Virus record (IMG/VR): IMGVR_UViG_3300032373_001149 | Location: 1-39,486 of that record | Reading direction: 5' to 3' (one strand) | Source of the DNA: a virus | Taxonomy: Duplodnaviria; Caudoviricetes | Length of the DNA: 39,486 nucleotides | Part shown: piece after piece, positions 33,974 to 39,486 of the stretch | Layout of the letters: every line of letters begins with the position of its first letter | How positions within the stretch are numbered: the stretch's first letter is position 1 | Position numbers and translations under genes: made by a program | The notes under the pieces: generated by a model | What the model was told of the DNA's origin: nothing | The model's database searches: none | Seen by the model: only the letters and a program-made list of their open reading frames with translations

Positions 33974-35000
33974 TGTGCGCTTAAGCGTTAATGGCAAGGC
34001 GTGGGGTGGCTGGACTGAAGTGCGCCTGGAACATGGGATGACGCAGTTGGCGCAGTCGTTCGAATTGACATTAACCGAGCGATGGCCGGAACAAGACACG
34101 CCACGCGATATTCAAGTGGGCGATCGCTGTGAGTTGATCATCAATGGCAACGTCGAGCTAATTGGTTTTATTGATGACATTGGTATTACGTATGGTAGCC
34201 GCGAACACAACCTGGTTGTTGCCGGACGCGATAAAACCGGCGACATTATTGATAGTTCCGCACCGGTTGGCGAATTCCGGCAACTGGATTTACGGCAGAT
34301 GGCATTAATTTTATGCGAGCGATTTGATATTGATGTAACGGCCAATGTTGACGTGGGTAAGCGGTTTAAAAAGTTAGCGGTTGAACCTGGTATTTCAGTT
34401 TTTGAATTTATTGAAGGCGTTGCGCGGCAGCGTGGCGTTATTCTCACCTCAACGTTACAAGGCAATATATTGATAACACAAGCAAGCGATAACCCATCGG
34501 GTACCCGTTTGCGTCTGGGGGAAAATATTTTACAAGCCAACGCGTTGTTTAGTGATCGCGACCGATTTCATTCCATTAATGCGCTGGGGCAAATCGCGGG
34601 GGATGATTTCGGATTCGGTGGTTTGTCGGCACATCCAAAGGGATCCGCGTTGGATAGCGATATTCGCCCACAGCGTGTATTAACGTTATTGACGGAAGCA
34701 AGTAATGATGAGCTGGAATCCCGTGCTCAATTGGAAGCAACAGTTCGATATGGCGAATCACGCAGCGTCAATTATACCGTGAACGGCTGGTTCGATGGAT
34801 ATGATTTGTGGCGACACAATCGTTTGGTCGACATCGACGATGATTGGTTAAAAATTCATGATACGTGGCTGATTGCAAACGTGTTGCGTCGCATATCCAA
34901 TGATGATGGGGTTGTCACGGAGTTGACGGTTATGCCGCCAGAAGCGTTTACGCGACTACCGATCCCGGAAAAAGATACCGTGGGGGGGTTGTTTGGATAG
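33960..35000 (+). CDS. baseplate hub (Mu gp44/P-like)
   Basis: L.VNG..WGGWT, GRDKTGDIIDSS, LGENIL. Confidence 0.9.
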   Translation: MPPPDVRLSVNGKAWGGWTEVRLEHGMTQLAQSFELTLTERWPEQDTPRDIQVGDRCELIINGNVELIGFIDDIGITYGSREHNLVVAGRDKTGDIIDSSAPVGEFRQLDLRQMALILCERFDIDVTANVDVGKRFKKLAVEPGISVFEFIEGVARQRGVILTSTLQGNILITQASDNPSGTRLRLGENILQANALFSDRDRFHSINALGQIAGDDFGFGGLSAHPKGSALDSDIRPQRVLTLLTEASNDELESRAQLEATVRYGESRSVNYTVNGWFDGYDLWRHNRLVDIDDDWLKIHDTWLIANVLRRISNDDGVVTELTVMPPEAFTRLPIPEKDTVGGLFG

Positions 35001-35511
35001 GAATCTGAAAAGGTTATTTCAGCGTTTTAAAAACCGCATACAATCAATCGTGTCTCGTGCAGTGGTGCGGCGTGTTGAACCAGGCACCAAATTGCAAACG
35101 CTACAATTGGAGGTGTTCAATGGTGAGGTACTCGACGTTGAGCATTTTGAGCCTTTCGGACTTTCGGGTAATCCGCCTTTAGGTGCCGAAGCAATGGTGG
35201 TGTTTCCAGGCGCATCGCGCGCAAATGGTGTTGCCATTGCTGCGTGCGATCGACGCGTCCGGCCAGTCGGTTTAAGTGAGGGCGAGACCGTACTTTACAA
35301 TTCGAACGGCGACACAATAAAATTGTTGATGGACGGTTCTATTGTCATTGACAGTGCCAATGGCGTGGTGATCAATGGTGATTTGGTCGTCAATGGTGAA
35401 ATAAAAGATGCCGTTGGTGACATAGCCACCATGCGTCAACAATTTAACGCGCATACCCACGTTGATCCGCAAGGCGGTAGCGTTGGATCGCCTACGCCAC
35501 AAATGAGCTAA
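34993..35511 (+). CDS. baseplate spike (Mu gp45-like)
   Basis: VEHFEPFG, DRRVRP..L.EGE..LY and C-terminal HTH metal-binding motif. Confidence 0.9.
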   Translation: MDRNLKRLFQRFKNRIQSIVSRAVVRRVEPGTKLQTLQLEVFNGEVLDVEHFEPFGLSGNPPLGAEAMVVFPGASRANGVAIAACDRRVRPVGLSEGETVLYNSNGDTIKLLMDGSIVIDSANGVVINGDLVVNGEIKDAVGDIATMRQQFNAHTHVDPQGGSVGSPTPQMS

Positions 35512-35515
35512 CACT

Positions 35516-35965
35516 ATGCCTGATCTCGACTTGCACTACGAATCGGCAACACAACTGCTTGATATCGCTATCGGTAACAATGGGGATTTAGTGTCTGACG
35601 AAGGGTTGCGCTCAGCGGTGTTGTTATCATTATTTACCAATCGCTTAGCCGAGCCCAGTGATATTCTGCCGGACGAACGGGCCAATCGGCAGGGATGGTG
35701 GGCGGATGTCTTGGTTTCTGACGATTTATTCGGGTCGCGACTGTGGCTACTGCAACGCAGTAATTTAACCAGCGAGACGTTACGACTGGCGGAACGTTAT
35801 GCACAACAATCATTACAGTGGATGATTGACGATGCAATTGCACGCGATATAAAAATAGTGGCCGCAACGACGCATTTAAACACGCTGTGCTTAATTATTG
35901 AGATTTATCGACAGCAGAAAGCACCACTACGTTTTCGATTTGAGAAGTTCTGGAGTCAGCAATAA
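35516..35965 (+). CDS. baseplate protein (Mu gp46-like)
   Basis: L.SAVLLSLFT, GWWAD, GSRLWLL.R. Confidence 0.92.
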   Translation: MPDLDLHYESATQLLDIAIGNNGDLVSDEGLRSAVLLSLFTNRLAEPSDILPDERANRQGWWADVLVSDDLFGSRLWLLQRSNLTSETLRLAERYAQQSLQWMIDDAIARDIKIVAATTHLNTLCLIIEIYRQQKAPLRFRFEKFWSQQ

Positions 35966-37017
35966 TGCCCTTTAATCGACCAACATTACAACAACTCTAC
36001 GATCGTGCCGCAGCGGATCTTGAGGCAGAATTACCCGGCACTGATGCGCGATTGCGTCGCAGTTTATTAAATGTCATTGCGCGGGTCTTGGCCGGTGCTA
36101 CTCACGGTTTGTACGGTTATCTCAACTGGATTAGCCGCCAGGCGATTATTAATCTCAGTGAGGCTGAAAACCTCGAAAGCTGGGCGAATGTGTGGGGATT
36201 GGTGCGCAAACAAGCTGCGCCAGCCATTGGTAATACCCTATTCACTGGTACAGAGGCGACGGCTATACCTCTGGGGACATTAGTACAGCGTGCCGATGGT
36301 GTTCAATTCATCACAACGCTACAGAGTTCTATTGTTGGTGGTTCAGCATTGGTACCAATTAGTGCAATTGATGGTGGTTTTATATCTAATACGTCAACTA
36401 ACACCAAATTGAATTTAGTCTCGACCATTGCTGGAATCGATGCGACAAATATTGTTGATGCATCGGGGTTAAATGGCGGAGCCGATATAGAAACGGACGC
36501 CGATTTGTTAGCCCGGTTACTGGCACGTATTCAAAAAACCCCACAGGGCGGAGCCGCTATCGATTATGAAAACTGGGGCCTTGAGGTTGACAGCGTAACG
36601 CGTGTGTGGGTATTTCCGCTGCAATCTGGCGATGGCACGGTGGGTGTTACGTTTGTGATGGATAATAGCGTGCCCATTATACCTAACGCTGCAAAGGTGC
36701 AGGAAGTACAGGACTATATCGACGCACGGCGGCCGGTAACGGCGTCTGTTACCGTTTATGCGCCTGCTCAACAATTGCTGGACTTGACCATTCAATTAAC
36801 ACCTAACACACAAGCGGTGCGTGATGCGGTCAGCGCTGAAGTTGCTGATTTGTTGTCTCGATTCGGTGGACCAGGTGAAACATTGTATTTGTCACAAATC
36901 AACGAGGCGATCAGTTCGGCGATCGGTGAAACGGATCATACTCTAGTGGTACCGGTGGCTAATATTATTGTGCCTGCTACGGATATTTACTCACTGGGTA
37001 CAATTACGTGGGTATAG
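35965..37017 (+). CDS. baseplate wedge J-like (Mu gp47)
   Basis: PFNRPTL, GGADIE.D..L.AR, PQGGA..DY..W. Confidence 0.92.
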   Translation: MPFNRPTLQQLYDRAAADLEAELPGTDARLRRSLLNVIARVLAGATHGLYGYLNWISRQAIINLSEAENLESWANVWGLVRKQAAPAIGNTLFTGTEATAIPLGTLVQRADGVQFITTLQSSIVGGSALVPISAIDGGFISNTSTNTKLNLVSTIAGIDATNIVDASGLNGGADIETDADLLARLLARIQKTPQGGAAIDYENWGLEVDSVTRVWVFPLQSGDGTVGVTFVMDNSVPIIPNAAKVQEVQDYIDARRPVTASVTVYAPAQQLLDLTIQLTPNTQAVRDAVSAEVADLLSRFGGPGETLYLSQINEAISSAIGETDHTLVVPVANIIVPATDIYSLGTITWV

Positions 37018-38453
37018 CCGCAAGCGATTATAAGCAACAATTGGTTGCATTGTTACCGCCTGGCGATGCTATTGCCACAGATGACGAGTCTACGTTTGGA
37101 AAGTTGCTGACTGCTATCAGCCAAGAATTGGCGAGAGTCGATGGCCAAGCCGATGAGTTATTGCTGGAAGTTTTGCCCAGCACAACCAGTGAGTTGTTAG
37201 CAGATTGGGAAATGGTGCTGGGTTTGCCTGATAATTGTGCTAATCCACCTGGTACCATTGAAGGTCGCCGTCTAGAAGTACTTAGTAGACTGGTATCAAC
37301 GGGCGGCCAATCTCGCCAGTATTTTATCGATGTGGCTGCATCATTAGGTTTTTCCATCACGATTACAGAACCGGCAACACACGTTTGGGATGTTCAGACG
37401 GATTCGGCAAGCAACCATTTCCGCGCTGGTTCGCCTGCGGGCGAACCACTGCGCACGTTCGGTGGTGAGAATAGTACATTAGAGTGCCGATTAGGTGTTG
37501 ATAAGCCAGCTCATTCGCGTTTGACGTTTACCCATATCAATAATTCCGCCAACAACTGGAATGATTTAATCAGTGTAACCACTCAACATTTACGTAGCGC
37601 CTGGTATGACGCAACTCAGGCACTTTGGGTGGTATGTGGCGATGATGGGACGATTCTTACATCGGCTGATGATGGCGGTACCTGGCAAGCTCAAGTGAGC
37701 GGTACTACTAATTCATTGCGCACCGTTAAGAAATGGCAGGGCAATTGGTATATCGCTGGGCATGGTGATGGCGCTAACCCGGCGACGGTCCTGAAAAGTT
37801 CGGACGCCGTGAATTGGCAATCGATTAATATCGGTGGCGGTGATAGTTATCTGGTCGATATTGCTTTTAATGATTCAAAGCTGATATTTGTTGGTTGGGC
37901 CACGAATGCCGCGCCAAATAGCCTGTTAGTGTCTACCACTAATGGCATTAATTTCAATGTCACCATTGATCCAGCACAGGATTATTATTACGGCATTGTT
38001 TGGAGTGATGAGGAAAAATTATTCGGCATTGTCGGCAACGGTGGCGCGCTGTCGGAATGGTTCGCGACATCGTCGGATGCCATTAATTGGACCCAGCATA
38101 TTGCTAATGTATCTGGCGAAATATGGGTCATCGACCATATCGATAATACTTGGTTGTTGGGTAATGGCGTCGGTGTGTTAAGAACCACGCACGATTTAAA
38201 CACATTTAAAGCCAGGTATGCCAAGGAATTAACAGGCGAGAACATGTGGCGGTTTACCCATAACAATCGAGGCGTGATTTTATTGTGCGGTGGACTAACA
38301 CAAGGCCGGATTATGCGGTCAATTGATAGTGGCGCGACATGGACCCAAGTTTACACTAATTTATCAGCACAATTAATGAGCAAAGCAGTTTATGGTCCCG
38401 GCTATTGGATAGCAGTTGGTTGGTCCGGGATTATCACCAAATCAACGACGTAA
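37008..38453 (+). CDS. baseplate gp48/YmfQ-like protein fused to an Asp-box beta-propeller
   Basis: LLPPG.A, LL.DWE.VLGLPD.C, GGQSR.YF, KPAH, then about 300 aa of S.D.G.TW repeats. Confidence 0.85.
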   Translation: MGIAASDYKQQLVALLPPGDAIATDDESTFGKLLTAISQELARVDGQADELLLEVLPSTTSELLADWEMVLGLPDNCANPPGTIEGRRLEVLSRLVSTGGQSRQYFIDVAASLGFSITITEPATHVWDVQTDSASNHFRAGSPAGEPLRTFGGENSTLECRLGVDKPAHSRLTFTHINNSANNWNDLISVTTQHLRSAWYDATQALWVVCGDDGTILTSADDGGTWQAQVSGTTNSLRTVKKWQGNWYIAGHGDGANPATVLKSSDAVNWQSINIGGGDSYLVDIAFNDSKLIFVGWATNAAPNSLLVSTTNGINFNVTIDPAQDYYYGIVWSDEEKLFGIVGNGGALSEWFATSSDAINWTQHIANVSGEIWVIDHIDNTWLLGNGVGVLRTTHDLNTFKARYAKELTGENMWRFTHNNRGVILLCGGLTQGRIMRSIDSGATWTQVYTNLSAQLMSKAVYGPGYWIAVGWSGIITKSTT

Positions 38454-38463
38454 AGGAATTGGC

Positions 38464-39486
38464 ATGCACAAAATCGGCGACGACACAATAACGGCGGATC
38501 CAAGTGAGGAATTCACCGAAGGCGATCCGGTGACAAACACCCCAGCGACGGAAGTTAAGGGGAAATGGCTGAATACACTGCAGCGCGAGCTAATTGGTGT
38601 GCTGGATGAAGCGTCTCGGGCAACCGATGTAAGTGATGATAATCAAATAATAAAGGCATTACAGTCGCTGTTCTTTCCAGCGATGGGCACATTCCCAAGC
38701 GAAAATAGTCCACCCGATATGACTGTTAAGACGAAACCGGTATACACTGCGTACCGGTCGACCATAGGTTTTAATATTGCCAGTTCGTTTCCATTCGTTG
38801 CGCCTATATCAGATCCGCGAATTGATGTGCTAGTAATGAACATCAAAACGGCAGCTAGATCCAGCGTCCAAGGTGTAGAGGCTGCTTTTCCTGTTAGACC
38901 AGATATACCGGAAGGCCATTACCCCATTTGTGAAGTGTATTTGGTGCCGGGCCAAACCGAAATTCTGAATGCTGATATCACTGATATTAGACCCACTTTT
39001 TTTGCGACCACATTACCACCGTTGGATCCGTTATTTAAGAGAGTTACTGCGGAATACAGGCATATAGATAATTCTAGCGATTTCACAGGCATGAATTTGT
39101 TAGGCCAAGCCACAAATCAATGGATTTCAGTTGGCCCGACAGGATCTGGTGCGACAGTTATATGGACTGATTTGGACAATATACCAGCAACCGCCAATTA
39201 CATTATCGTGAAAGTAACCCACAGGTTACAAGTGGCTACCAACCCGACTTACTCGTTCTCTGAGATATTTACCAGGAGGTTCGGCAGCCTGCAAGATGAA
39301 ACGGACGCCACCACGCTATCAAACATCGCTGGTCAAGCGAACATCGCGGAATCATTGCGTGCGGCACATGAGGCGGTTATTGCAATCGACAGTACTAGGA
39401 GGTTTGAGTTTTTTTTCAGACACAGCAACCCGGAGCCAGGTAGCGTTATTTTTTTAGAGTTGATTGGATTTAAGGGTGACTATTAG
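38464..39486 (+). CDS. tail fibre protein (Mu gp49-type N-terminus)
   Basis: MHKI...FTEGDP....PATEV...WLN.LQREL; AAGGA RBS. Confidence 0.85.
   Translation: MHKIGDDTITADPSEEFTEGDPVTNTPATEVKGKWLNTLQRELIGVLDEASRATDVSDDNQIIKALQSLFFPAMGTFPSENSPPDMTVKTKPVYTAYRSTIGFNIASSFPFVAPISDPRIDVLVMNIKTAARSSVQGVEAAFPVRPDIPEGHYPICEVYLVPGQTEILNADITDIRPTFFATTLPPLDPLFKRVTAEYRHIDNSSDFTGMNLLGQATNQWISVGPTGSGATVIWTDLDNIPATANYIIVKVTHRLQVATNPTYSFSEIFTRRFGSLQDETDATTLSNIAGQANIAESLRAAHEAVIAIDSTRRFEFFFRHSNPEPGSVIFLELIGFKGDY

Larger units (their letters stand above)
1..39486. mobile_element. Transposable Mu-like (B3/BcepMu-type layout) myovirus genome or prophage, ends not included
   Basis: DDE transposase plus AAA ATPase, GemA, Mor, Mu gp26/27/28-like packaging genes and Mu-order tail genes. 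The early operon is inverted relative to the late genes, with a central repressor. Confidence 0.95.

Noticed and set aside
1-39486. Transposon ends (TG...CA), transposase-binding repeats and host flanks
   Set aside because: The window starts and ends on stop codons; the termini are outside it
1-39486. CRISPR array, tRNA/rRNA, reverse transcriptase/DGR, G-segment invertase
   Set aside because: No regularly spaced direct repeats, tRNA arms, RT motifs or serine recombinase were seen by eye

Overview
The window is a near-complete transposable (Mu-like, B3/BcepMu-type layout) myovirus or prophage, trimmed to gene boundaries at both ends, so the TG...CA ends are not visible. A leftward early operon (9975 down to 1) carries a Ner/Cro-like gene, an XRE paralog, a DUF3102-like gene, DDE transposase A, AAA ATPase B, GemA, Mor and ASCH. 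It diverges from a central XRE repressor (10088), which is followed by an AT-rich accessory block (a secreted protein, then a soluble plus membrane two-gene cassette). The rightward late region encodes a holin-like gene, terminase, portal, DNA methylase, M15 endolysin, MuF, a fused protease-scaffold-capsid, and a Mu-type contractile tail, baseplate and fibre. The most unusual points are: (1) a head polyprotein with a T4 gp21-like protease and repeated hydrophobic-x-E|A/S motifs that recur in the portal N-terminus; (2) a candidate two-gene defence cassette with attC-like flanks; (3) a densely structured intergenic RNA candidate in the lysis region; (4) a six-gene insert between terL and portal with a 14-residue periodic fibre; (5) dispersed lysis genes; (6) a gp48-beta-propeller fusion. 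All family calls come from motif recognition and synteny, not database searches.
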